64,000 nucleotides of DNA from an uncultured Verrucomicrobiota bacterium (lineage in GTDB: Bacteria > Verrucomicrobiota > Kiritimatiellia > CAIQIC01 > Lenti-01): positions 518 to 64,517 of the forward strand of contig CAZGMQ010000004.1 in the NCBI GenBank assembly GCA_964526745.1, read 5' to 3'. The notes under the pieces are model-generated. The model was not told the DNA's origin, did not search any database, and saw only the letters and a program-made list of their open reading frames with translations. Shown in pieces: positions 24,247 to 33,082 of this stretch (position 1 is its first letter; every line of letters begins with the position of its first letter). The position numbers and the translations under genes were made by a program.

Positions 24247-24391
24247 ACCGCGCAGTTTCCCCCTAAACCCCTCCACCCGTCAAGCGCAGTGCGGGGTGTA
24301 ATATATATATGCATATGTGCATATGCACATAAGCGAATATAAGGATCACCATTGAATCTCGGGCGGGGTTGCGGGTAGAGTAAGGGTGAAG

Positions 24392-24461
24392 TTTCCATGG
24401 TATGGAAACCATTTTTGGAGTTTTTCCATGGTATGGAAGAAATGTTTCCACAGTGTGGAAA
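24392..24461. repeat. Dispersed palindromic repeat, copy A (three TTTCCAY-NNN-RTGGAAA units)
   Basis: Units at 24392-24408, 24423-24439 (last base G) and 24445-24461. The reverse complement matches 46755-46824 at 66/70 nt. Confidence 0.95.
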
Positions 24462-24587
24462 ACTTGGATTTTAGACCCCTGCGGCCTTGTGCCGCGGGTG
24501 AATGAGGCCGATTATTGGTGAGGCACAAACGGCAGACCTGGTTCAACCGCCACGCAAGGTGACGGGGGTGCCAGACAAGAGGACGAA

Positions 24588-25475
24588 ATGATAGGCAAGA
24601 AAAGATTTCAGAAAGTAGCGGTGATGCTGGGCGGGCCGTCGTCGGAGCGCGAGGTATCGCTGCGGTCGGGGGCCGCTGTCGCCAAGGGACTACGCGCCTG
24701 CGGCTATGAGGTCCACGAGGTGCTGGTGGGGGTGGATGGCTCGTTCGAGATTCCGCCGGGCACCGAAGTGGCGTTTGTGGCGATGCATGGCCAGTTTGGT
24801 GAGGATGGCACCATTCAGGCTCTATTGCGGGAGCGGGGTATCCCGCACACGGGTTCCAGTCCGGAGGCGAGTGCTCGGGCCTTTGACAAATCCATAAGTA
24901 AGCCGATCATGGCTGAGGCCGGGATTCCCACGCCTACTTTTGAGTTTCTACGAAAAGGGGAAGAGCGCACCTTGCCTCTGCCGGTGGTGGTGAAGCCCGT
25001 CCGGCAGGGATCGAGCATGGGGGTGTCGCTCGTGAACAGTGAGTCGGACTGGGATGCGGCGCTTGCGGCTTCGCTGGCCCTGGATGAGATCGCGCTGGTG
25101 GAGGAATTCATTCCGGGACGCGAGCTGACCGTCGGGGTCGTGGGCGACACCGTGCTGCCAGTTCTCGAGATCACAACGAAGTTTTTTGACTATTACGACA
25201 AGTATACTCCCGGGGCCGTTACGCATCGAATTCCGGAGGATATTCCGGAAGAAACCTATCGGGCCTGCCAGGAGGTCTCTCTGGAGGTGTTTCGTCTGCT
25301 GGAGTGCTCCGGGATGGGGCGGGTGGATATCCGGTTGCGCCCCGATGGCCAATTCTTTGTGCTGGAATTGAACAACATCCCGGGATTCACCGAGGTGAGT
25401 CTCCTGCCCGATGCGGCTCAAAAGCATGGCTGGTCCTTCCCGGAACTTTGCGAACGGATCCTCAATAGAGTATAG
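24588..25475 (+). CDS. ddl: D-alanine-D-alanine ligase
   Basis: GGPSSEREVSL, HGQFGEDG, KPVRQGSSMG, DYYDKY, RVDIR, ELNNIPG. Confidence 0.96.
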   Translation: MIGKKRFQKVAVMLGGPSSEREVSLRSGAAVAKGLRACGYEVHEVLVGVDGSFEIPPGTEVAFVAMHGQFGEDGTIQALLRERGIPHTGSSPEASARAFDKSISKPIMAEAGIPTPTFEFLRKGEERTLPLPVVVKPVRQGSSMGVSLVNSESDWDAALAASLALDEIALVEEFIPGRELTVGVVGDTVLPVLEITTKFFDYYDKYTPGAVTHRIPEDIPEETYRACQEVSLEVFRLLECSGMGRVDIRLRPDGQFFVLELNNIPGFTEVSLLPDAAQKHGWSFPELCERILNRV

Positions 25476-25500
25476 TTCTCCGTTAACCGAGGAGAACACC

Positions 25501-26112
25501 ATGAACGTACTGAGAGTCCTGTCGAATCCGAAACCCGTCGACAAGTCGGCGAGTCTTCAAGTGGAACAAGCCTTTACCGAGGCGCTGAAGCAGAAGCATC
25601 CCGATGCCGCGATCGAGACCCTTGACCTCTATCGTGATGAGGTCCCCCTTCTGGACGAAAAGCTGCTGCCCGCCTTCTTCGGGGCGGAGCCGGCGGATGC
25701 CGAGACGGCGCGGAAGCGCGAACGCCAGCAGGCGATCCTGGCTCAGTTTCTGGCGGCCGATCTGGTGGTGATCGCGACGCCCATGTGGAATTTCAATGCG
25801 CCGCCGATGCTGAAGGCGTTCATCGATACGATCTTGGTGGCCGGCAAGACCTTCCGCTATACCGCGAAAGGGCCCGAAGGCCTGGTGCCGGACAAGAAGG
25901 TCGTGGTGTGTAACGCCAGCGGAGGTGTGTACGAGGGCGATATGGCCGCCTATGATACCCTGACACCCATGCTGAAGACCCAGTTGGGGTTCATCGGCAT
26001 CAAAGATGTGATGTTCCTCCGGGCTCCGGGTCAGGGCAGTGGAGGGGAGAAGGCGAAGGCCAGCACAGACAAAGCGATGGAGGCGGCGAAAGCCGCCGCC
26101 GCCGATTACTAG
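25501..26112 (+). CDS. azoR: FMN-dependent NADH-azoreductase
   Basis: SNPK...S, QFLAADLVVIATPMWNFNAPPMLKAFID, AGKTFRYT, GGVY; ATG 25501 after GAGGAG. Confidence 0.9.
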   Translation: MNVLRVLSNPKPVDKSASLQVEQAFTEALKQKHPDAAIETLDLYRDEVPLLDEKLLPAFFGAEPADAETARKRERQQAILAQFLAADLVVIATPMWNFNAPPMLKAFIDTILVAGKTFRYTAKGPEGLVPDKKVVVCNASGGVYEGDMAAYDTLTPMLKTQLGFIGIKDVMFLRAPGQGSGGEKAKASTDKAMEAAKAAAADY

Positions 26113-26132
26113 GATTGTTCTCCCGCCGCCAG

Positions 26133-26161
26133 GCCCGCTCCGTTCCGGAGCGGGCTTTGTT
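26133..26161 (+). terminator. Probable intrinsic terminator after azoR
   Basis: GCCCGCTCCG-TTC-CGGAGCGGGC followed by TTTGTT. Confidence 0.7.
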
Positions 26162-26280
26162 GTCTCCATCAGTAGATTGGCGGGGAAATCAGCCCGGGAT
26201 GGACAAAAAAGGTTTTGCCGAGGGGGCGGGTATGGCATAGTGCGGACTTGTGTAATTTGTAGTTTTAACCAAGAGAACCT

Positions 26281-27156
26281 GTGGCCATTCGGAAGAAAAA
26301 TCAGCGTCGTGGAAACCGCCGGAAGGAAAGCCTTCTGCAAGCGGCGACCCGCTCGAAATCGCGTCGGCAGGCGGGCCGGCGGCGCATCGGAATGGGACTG
26401 GTCTGGGCGGTGGCCCTTCCGGTTTTGATCGGCGGCCTGATCTGGGGTGGGATGGAGGCGTGGCGCGCGCTCTTCGTCGAGAATGACTTTTTCCAGATTT
26501 GCGAGATCGAGATTACGACCGATGGCACCCTGGGCGCGGGACATATCCAGGAGTATGCCAAGGTGCGCAAGGGGCTGAACCTGTTTGCGGTGCAACCCCG
26601 GAAAATCAGGGAATCCTTGCTGCTGGTGCCGGTCATTGCCAATGCCCAGGTGGGGCGTCGGCTTCCGGATACGCTGGTGATTGAGGTGGCCGAACGGGTG
26701 GCGGTGGCACGACTGGGACGCCCCGGTGCGGGAACCCCGCTGGCGGTGGACGCAGACAAACATGTGCTGGGTCCCAGCTCCGTTCGGGCGAGTTTGCCGG
26801 TCATTCTGGGGGTGCGCGACAAGGGTCTGCGTCCCGGAGATGTCGTGAGCGATCCGATGATGGATCAGGCCCTGTTGATTCTGGACCTGTGCAACCAGTC
26901 GGCGATGCGCCGGGAAATGGACGTGGCAACCATCGATCTGAGCGATGACGAACGGCTGAATGTGGGGCTGATGTCGGGAGAGCAGGTGCTGTTCTCTCTG
27001 GACGGGCTGAAAGAGAAGCTTCCCCAGTTTCCGGTGATGCGGGCGGTGGCCCGCGACAAGGGACTGGAGTTGGCAGAATATGACATGACGGTGGACCGGA
27101 ATTATGTGGGGCGGCCCTCGACTTGGGTGGACTCCTCTCCCGGTCCAGTGCCGTAG
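26281..27156 (+). CDS. ftsQ: Cell division protein FtsQ/DivIB
   Basis: Basic cytoplasmic N-terminus, one TM helix, POTRA-like segment (GLNLFAV...PVIANAQVGRRLPDTLVIEVAERVAVA); directly upstream of ftsA. Confidence 0.85.
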   Translation: MAIRKKNQRRGNRRKESLLQAATRSKSRRQAGRRRIGMGLVWAVALPVLIGGLIWGGMEAWRALFVENDFFQICEIEITTDGTLGAGHIQEYAKVRKGLNLFAVQPRKIRESLLLVPVIANAQVGRRLPDTLVIEVAERVAVARLGRPGAGTPLAVDADKHVLGPSSVRASLPVILGVRDKGLRPGDVVSDPMMDQALLILDLCNQSAMRREMDVATIDLSDDERLNVGLMSGEQVLFSLDGLKEKLPQFPVMRAVARDKGLELAEYDMTVDRNYVGRPSTWVDSSPGPVP

Positions 27157-27207
27157 GGCCAACGGTCGTGTCGGTACCCTTCGCAAAGTGGAAAGGATAG
27201 AGAACAG

Positions 27208-28404
27208 ATGAGCATGGAGCCAATCGTTGCGCTTGAAATCGGCACCAACCGGGTCCGCGTCTTTGTGGCGGAGGCCCGGGAGGATGGCGGGCTGGTGATT
27301 ACGGCAGTGGGGGATGCGGCCTGCAGCGGGATGCGCAAAGGGGAGGTCGTGGATTTCAAGAGTGTGTGCTCTTGTACGGAGGCCGCGTTGCGACAGGCGG
27401 AGACCGCCGCGCAGATCAGCATCAATGAAGTGTATCTGCTGATGTCCGGCTCTCAGATTGAGGCCATTCCGAACCGGGGGGAAATCGCGGTCGAGGGCGA
27501 GATCACAGAGGAGGATGTGGAGCAGGTGCGGAGCGTGGCGAAGGAAGTGACGCTGCCGGCCGGCCGCGAGATTCTGCACAGCATTCTGGGGCAATATGGC
27601 GTAGACGGCTGTTTTGGCGTGTCCCCGGTGGGGATGACGGGAAAGACCCTCTCGGCGGATATGCTCATTGTTCACGGCATCGCCTCGCGCATGGTGAATG
27701 TGGTGAAGGTCGTGAAGGAACAAAAGCTGGAGGTGCTGGAGATCCTGTTCAGCGGGTTGTGTGCGGTGAAAGCCGCTCTGTCCACGGAGCAGAAGATCCA
27801 GGGGGTGCTGCTGATCGATCTGGGCGGCGGAACCACCGATTATGTGGCGTATGCGCAGTCTAAAATTTCGGATGCCGGGGTGATTGGCGTCGGCGGCGAC
27901 CATGTCACCAATGACATCGCCAGCGCCTTCCGCATTCTGGGGCCGGAGGCCGAAAAGCTGAAGCGGCAATTTGGCGATGCCATGGTGAGTGCGGCCGGGC
28001 GGACCCGTCAGCTGCCGGTGCCGACGGGCGTCGGTGAGGAGCCGCGCACGGTGAAGCTGTATGACCTCCAGACTATTGTGCATCTGCGGATGGAGGAAAC
28101 CTTCGGGCTGATTCGCGCCCAGTTGCAGGAAAAGGGGCTGTTGAATCAGATCCGCGGCGGCGTGGTGCTGACGGGCGGTGGCGCCTATCTGAAGAATGTG
28201 ACCCAGCTGGCCGAGAAGGTGTTCGGCCTGCCTTGTGCCGTGGGGGGACCGCGCAACGTGAGCGGCCTTTCGGCGAATCTGGCGGTGCCCGAATATTCAA
28301 CCGGGGTGGGGGGCGCCCTCTATGGGCATCAATGCGCGTTGAACAAGGTGGCGCAGGCCCCGGGTTTTATCAAAGCAGTGGGCCGTTGGTTTGGAATCGA
28401 CTGA
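27208..28404 (+). CDS. ftsA: Cell division protein FtsA
   Basis: VALEIGT, SGMRKGEVVD, LIDLGGGTTD, GGDHVTNDI, VLTGGGA; lies between ftsQ and ftsZ. Confidence 0.93.
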   Translation: MSMEPIVALEIGTNRVRVFVAEAREDGGLVITAVGDAACSGMRKGEVVDFKSVCSCTEAALRQAETAAQISINEVYLLMSGSQIEAIPNRGEIAVEGEITEEDVEQVRSVAKEVTLPAGREILHSILGQYGVDGCFGVSPVGMTGKTLSADMLIVHGIASRMVNVVKVVKEQKLEVLEILFSGLCAVKAALSTEQKIQGVLLIDLGGGTTDYVAYAQSKISDAGVIGVGGDHVTNDIASAFRILGPEAEKLKRQFGDAMVSAAGRTRQLPVPTGVGEEPRTVKLYDLQTIVHLRMEETFGLIRAQLQEKGLLNQIRGGVVLTGGGAYLKNVTQLAEKVFGLPCAVGGPRNVSGLSANLAVPEYSTGVGGALYGHQCALNKVAQAPGFIKAVGRWFGID

Positions 28405-28420
28405 GCAGAGGAGCGGAAGA

Positions 28421-29623
28421 ATGGCAGGAAATATGGGCAGTTCAATGGAAGTCATTCGGGAAGCACGGTGCCGGATTCTGGTCGTCGGGGTCGGCGGTGG
28501 TGCCTGTAGTGTGCTGAGTCATGCCCTGGCGGACTGGCCGAACCCGCCCACGGTGGCCGCGGTCAATACCGATGCCGGCGCGCTGGCGGCATCGGGCGTG
28601 GATCTCAAGGTGCCCATCGGCCGCACGATCGCCCAGGGGCTGGGAGCCGGGGGCGATGCTGAATTGGGGCGGCTGGCCGCCAATGAAGATCTGGATGCAC
28701 TGCGGATGCTGGTGTCGGATCATGATCTGTTGATTCTGGTGGCCAGCCTGGGCGGTGGGACCGCAACGGGTGCCGCCCCGATTCTGGCGGGCCTGGCCCG
28801 GGAAGCCGGCCTGCTGGTGCTGGCCTATGTGACCACGCCGTTTGATTTCGAGGGATCGCGCCGTCAGGAGCAGGCTCAGGAAGGCCTAGCTGAATTGAAG
28901 CAAAATGCGGATGCCGTGATCTGCCTGCCCAATCAGCGGTTGTATTCGATGCTGTCGCCCGGTACCCCCCTGGTAGAGGCTTTTGCCTTTGTGGATCGGA
29001 TGATGACTGCGGGCATCCGGGGCCTCTGGACGCTTCTTGCTCGTGACAACATGCTGAACCTGGATTTCTCGGACCTGCAGAGTCTCGTGTCGAACAGCGG
29101 CAATGAATGTGTCTTTGGCTATGGCGAGGGGAGCGGCCCCGACAAGGTGACCCAGGCTCTGGACGATCTGCTCGAGGGCCCGATGCTGGAGAAGGGGCAG
29201 ATCATCGCCAATTCCGGGGCAATGATCCTCAGTATCACCGGCGGGCCGGATCTGTCATTGGCGGAGCTGGAGATGATCCGGCAGCGCTTTCACAAGGCGG
29301 CCCGTCCCGGCGCACATACGGCCATTGGCGCGGCTGTTCTGGAGGATTGGAAAGGCCGCGTGGCCTTGACGGTGCTGGCAGCGGAGCACTGGATGCCCTC
29401 GACCGCGCCTTCCTCCGCGCGCCAGACCCTGTCCAGCGCCCTGTTTGGCCACCCTGAGGGCGCAGGCCAATCCACACCTGCGGCCGGCAAGCGCGGGAAG
29501 CAGGGCATCATGGAGCTAGATGACAATCGCGGCCGCTTTCAGGACATGGCGCCCACCACTTATAAGGGAGAGGATCTGGATATTCCCACCTATATCCGGA
29601 GGGGGATCCGTCTGCCGACCTGA
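28421..29623 (+). CDS. ftsZ: Cell division protein FtsZ (divergent)
   Basis: VGVGGG, AVNTDA, GLGAGGD, GGGTATG, PFDFEG, NLDFSD; C-terminal peptide DLDIPTYIRR. Confidence 0.92.
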   Translation: MAGNMGSSMEVIREARCRILVVGVGGGACSVLSHALADWPNPPTVAAVNTDAGALAASGVDLKVPIGRTIAQGLGAGGDAELGRLAANEDLDALRMLVSDHDLLILVASLGGGTATGAAPILAGLAREAGLLVLAYVTTPFDFEGSRRQEQAQEGLAELKQNADAVICLPNQRLYSMLSPGTPLVEAFAFVDRMMTAGIRGLWTLLARDNMLNLDFSDLQSLVSNSGNECVFGYGEGSGPDKVTQALDDLLEGPMLEKGQIIANSGAMILSITGGPDLSLAELEMIRQRFHKAARPGAHTAIGAAVLEDWKGRVALTVLAAEHWMPSTAPSSARQTLSSALFGHPEGAGQSTPAAGKRGKQGIMELDDNRGRFQDMAPTTYKGEDLDIPTYIRRGIRLPT

Positions 29624-29696
29624 TTCGGGGGGGATGGGCTTGATTTTGTGGCTGAAACACGCGACAGTCCTCCGAACGAGATCGACAAGGAGAGAG

Positions 29697-30242
29697 ATGA
29701 TGAAGAGTATCAAATGGTTTGTGTTGGCATTGATGTGCAGTGTGGCCGTGCCCGCTGCGATGGGCTCGGCCCTGGTAACCAAAGGATCGCGCGAGCTGGC
29801 CCTTTCGGGCATGCTGGATTTTGCGACCGAAGCGGGAACCGCCTTTGACCTGGAAGCCAAATATGGCTATTTTTTCTGGGACCGGACCTCGCTGGGGCTG
29901 CGCACTCAAATGGCAAACAACGATGCCGTGAATGCATTTGGAATCGGTGTGACAGCGGAATACAACTTTACCCTGCCCGCGAAATACCGTCCAATCATCG
30001 GCACGGATTTGGTGCCGTTTGTGGGGGTCGCGCTGGACTATCGCCAGGCGAAGCTCTTCGATGAAAAGGAAAGCGCCGCTGTGCTGGGCGGAGAAGCTGG
30101 CGTAAAGTTTTTCCTGACGGATTCGACGGCCATCACCTTTTCGCTGGTCGGCGAACTGGCCTCCGAAGAAATTTATGCCGATGACCTGGATGCCACCGAC
30201 AAGGACCTGGGCATGCAGCTGGGCATGCGCTTTTACTTTTAG
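29697..30242 (+). CDS. Outer-membrane beta-barrel protein
   Basis: Signal peptide MMKSIKWFVLALMCSVAVPAAMG; alternating amphipathic strands; C-terminal beta-signal GMRFYF; AGGAG RBS. Confidence 0.8.
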   Translation: MMKSIKWFVLALMCSVAVPAAMGSALVTKGSRELALSGMLDFATEAGTAFDLEAKYGYFFWDRTSLGLRTQMANNDAVNAFGIGVTAEYNFTLPAKYRPIIGTDLVPFVGVALDYRQAKLFDEKESAAVLGGEAGVKFFLTDSTAITFSLVGELASEEIYADDLDATDKDLGMQLGMRFYF

Positions 30243-30395
30243 GACTACGCAGGTTTGTCTGTTGGATCCCTCCGGCTCGATACCGAATCCGGTTATGGTT
30301 TCCCCCATTCTTAACTCTTAATTATTAATTGTATTTCCACTCCGGCTGGAGTATTCATTTGCGAGTTTTCCGGCCCGCGTTCTGCGGGCTCAGGC

Positions 30396-30486
30396 GGAGG
30401 GATGGCTGAGTGGCCGAAGGCACCCGACTCGAAATCGGACGGGCGTTAATCGCGTCCCGTGGGTTCAAATCCCACTCCCTCCGCCA
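30396..30486 (+). tRNA. tRNA-Ser(CGA)
   Basis: GGAGGGA/TCCCTCC acceptor; anticodon arm CCGA-CTCGAAA-TCGG; long variable arm; GGTTCAAATCCC; encoded CCA; 91 nt. Confidence 0.95.
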
Positions 30487-30602
30487 TTCCCCCTTTTGGG
30501 GATTCCCTGCGGCTTGATCTTCTCAAGACCGGGATGTATTTGGCCTTGCATTATCTGCCGCCGGGTTGAACATGGAAAAGGCTCAACCAAAGGAATCGGA
30601 TT

Positions 30603-31862
30603 ATGTCTCAAGAACCCCAGAATCAGGTCATGGAATGGCTGGAAAACAAGCGCGTGCAAAAGGATTGTGACTGCGAATCACTCTCGCGCCTGTCCCCGCC
30701 GGGAATCACGGGCCTGGCCAGGCAGTTTCATCGCCAACTGGACGGATATCGGATGAGTCCCCTGAAGGGTCTGTCCGGTCTGGCTTCCATGCTTGGGGTG
30801 GGGGGCATCTGGGTGAAGGATGAGTCCCAGCGTCTGAGTTTGAATTCCTTCAAGGTGCTGGGCGGCTCGTTCGCCCTGTACCAGTTTTTACGTAAGCGCC
30901 TGGGGATCCGGGACCGTGAACTGACGGTTTCGGAACTGAAGTCGGACAAGGTGCGGGCAGAGTTGGGCGAACTTATTTTTGCAACTGCGACCGATGGAAA
31001 TCACGGCCGAGGGGTCGCCTGGGCGGCCATGGAGCTGGGGTTCAAATGCGTGGTCTATGTGCATGAACGGACTACCAAATCGCGGGTCCGGGCGATTGAG
31101 GAATACGGCGCGGAAGTGAAAGTGATTGCCGGGACGTATGATGATGCCGTTCGAAAGATCACACAGGATGCGGCAGAGAATGGGTGGCAGATCATTTCGG
31201 ACACCACTTGGGAGGGCTATCAGGATATTCCCTGTTGGGTCATGCAGGGCTATACCACACTGATGAGCGAAGTGCAGGAGCAATTGTCGGCTCAGGGGAT
31301 TCTCCGGCCGACCCATGTGTTTGTGCAGGCGGGGGTGGGGGCACTGGCTGCATCGGTCATTGGATACTATCAGCGCTTGTTCAGGACGGACCGCCCGGTC
31401 ACGGTGGTGGTAGAGCCGGAGAAGGCAGCCTGCCTCTATGCCTCGGCGGAAAAGGGCGACGGCCTGCCGCATTCGGTTGGCGGCACCCTCGACACGATCA
31501 TGGCTGGACTGGCCTGTGGGGACCCGAGTCCGTTTGCATGGGACATTCTGGACAAGACCAGTGACTTCTTCCTGTCCTGCCCTGACTTTGTCGCGGCCAA
31601 GGGAATGCGGGTATATGGCATGCCCGTTGCCGGAGATCCCTTCATTGTGTCCGGTGAGTCCGGGGCCGTGACCCTCGGCGCGCTGATGTTCATACTGGAT
31701 ACTCCGGGCCTGACCGATCTGAAGGAGCGGATGAAACTGGGCCCCGATTCCCAGATCCTGCTGATCAATACCGAGGGCAATACCGATCCAGAGGACTTCC
31801 GTCGCATTGTCTGGGAAGGCGGCAACTCGGTTCCTCACGAATTCCGATACCATCCTGCCTGA
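30603..31862 (+). CDS. dpaL: Diaminopropionate ammonia-lyase (PLP)
   Basis: WVKDESQRLSLNSFKVLGG (PLP Lys), ATDGNHGRGVAW, ISDTTWEGY, QAGVGALA, MAGLACG, SGESGA. Confidence 0.92.
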   Translation: MSQEPQNQVMEWLENKRVQKDCDCESLSRLSPPGITGLARQFHRQLDGYRMSPLKGLSGLASMLGVGGIWVKDESQRLSLNSFKVLGGSFALYQFLRKRLGIRDRELTVSELKSDKVRAELGELIFATATDGNHGRGVAWAAMELGFKCVVYVHERTTKSRVRAIEEYGAEVKVIAGTYDDAVRKITQDAAENGWQIISDTTWEGYQDIPCWVMQGYTTLMSEVQEQLSAQGILRPTHVFVQAGVGALAASVIGYYQRLFRTDRPVTVVVEPEKAACLYASAEKGDGLPHSVGGTLDTIMAGLACGDPSPFAWDILDKTSDFFLSCPDFVAAKGMRVYGMPVAGDPFIVSGESGAVTLGALMFILDTPGLTDLKERMKLGPDSQILLINTEGNTDPEDFRRIVWEGGNSVPHEFRYHPA

Positions 31863-31999
31863 TCGGGCCGCCCCGGCTACGGCTGGAGCATTGGAGATGC
31901 AGTTGCATCGGGGGAGGGCATCTGCTTTACTCCTTCCAGTTTGCGGCAGACGGGCAGTTCCGTACACATGCTGCGTTTATAACGTTTAACGAGGATCCT

Positions 32000-33070
32000 A
32001 TGGCTGCACTTCTTCTCTATCTTATCGGTGCCCGGTCGGCGGGCAAAACCTCGGTGTTCGACGCTCTGGTTCAGTCTCCGGAAGGTCCCAGTTTTGCCTC
32101 GAAGGGGGCCCATCACCTCGGCACGGTCAAAGTGCCGGATGCCCGGCTGGCCACGCTACGCGACCTGTTTCAGCCGAAGAAATACATTCCCGCCGAAATG
32201 ACCTTTGTGGATGTGGCCCTGCCACCGAATGAAACCGGCACCGGTTTTGGTCCCATGAATGCTTTTCTGGGCGAGGCCGATGCCTTTGCTCTGGTGGTGC
32301 AGTCCTTTGGCGAAATGGATGGAGCGGGCAATCCTCTCGATTCCGAGGCGCAGTTGGATTCTGTGCTGCTGGATCTGACGATGGCCGATCTGGAGAAGGT
32401 GGAGCGCCGCATCCAGAAGATCCAGATTGAATTTCGTCGGGGACTGAAGGGGAGCCAGGCGGAACTGGTTGTTCAGGAAAAATGCAAGGCGCAGCTCGAT
32501 GAAGGCAAACCGATCCGGGATTTGGAGCTGACGGCCGACGAGCATAAGCTGATCAGCAGTTTTAGCTTTCTGTCCCAAAAGCGGGTGCTGGTGATTGCGA
32601 ACACCGGTGATGATGATCCGACGGGGGAGAAGTGCACCTCTCTGCGGGCGGCCTGCGAGGCACGCGGTCTGGATCTGCTGGCCTTCTGTGCGCTCCTGGA
32701 AGCGGAAATTGCAGCCTTGTCTGCAGAAGATCAGGCTAGCTTTCTCGGTGACTTCGGTCTGACGGAGCCCGCGAAGATCCGTCTGATTCAATCTGCCTAT
32801 GTTACGTTGAATCTCAGCAGTTTTTTTACCGTTGGGCCGGATGAAGTCCGTGCCTGGACCATCCGCCGCGGCGATACCGCGGTCATTGCCGCTGGCAAAA
32901 TCCACACCGATTTATCCCGCGGATTTATCCGTGCGGAGACGGTGGCTTCTGAAACGCTGATTGAGAAGCAGACTCTGGCTGCCTGCCGCGAGGCTGGTCT
33001 CCTGCGGCTGGAAGGCAAAAATTATGTCGTCCAGGATGGCGACGTGATGGAAATCCGCGCCAACGTCTAG
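32000..33070 (+). CDS. YchF/Ola1-like NTPase paralogue with TGS domain and degenerate switch motifs
   Basis: GTVKVPDARL, coiled-coil insertion, C-terminal FFTVGPDEVRAWTI...AGKIHTDLSRGFIRAE...EGKNYVVQDGD. P-loop GARSAGKT is present but YPFxT and DxxG are absent. Confidence 0.88.
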   Translation: MAALLLYLIGARSAGKTSVFDALVQSPEGPSFASKGAHHLGTVKVPDARLATLRDLFQPKKYIPAEMTFVDVALPPNETGTGFGPMNAFLGEADAFALVVQSFGEMDGAGNPLDSEAQLDSVLLDLTMADLEKVERRIQKIQIEFRRGLKGSQAELVVQEKCKAQLDEGKPIRDLELTADEHKLISSFSFLSQKRVLVIANTGDDDPTGEKCTSLRAACEARGLDLLAFCALLEAEIAALSAEDQASFLGDFGLTEPAKIRLIQSAYVTLNLSSFFTVGPDEVRAWTIRRGDTAVIAAGKIHTDLSRGFIRAETVASETLIEKQTLAACREAGLLRLEGKNYVVQDGDVMEIRANV

Positions 33071-33082
33071 CCGTTCGCGCCG

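Noticed and set aside
24392-24461. Repeat units as canonical parS sites
   Set aside because: The half-sites resemble TTCCAC/GTGGAA, but a constant 3-nt insert separates them and no parAB is in the window. Kept only as a hypothesis.
25483-28083. 866-aa minus-strand ORF
   Set aside because: Antisense shadow of azoR, ftsQ and ftsA with no recognisable motifs. Long antisense frames are expected in GC-rich coding DNA.
30396-31862. tRNA-Ser(CGA) as the integration site of an island carrying dpaL
   Set aside because: No integrase, no duplicated tRNA 3' end found downstream, and no evident compositional break.
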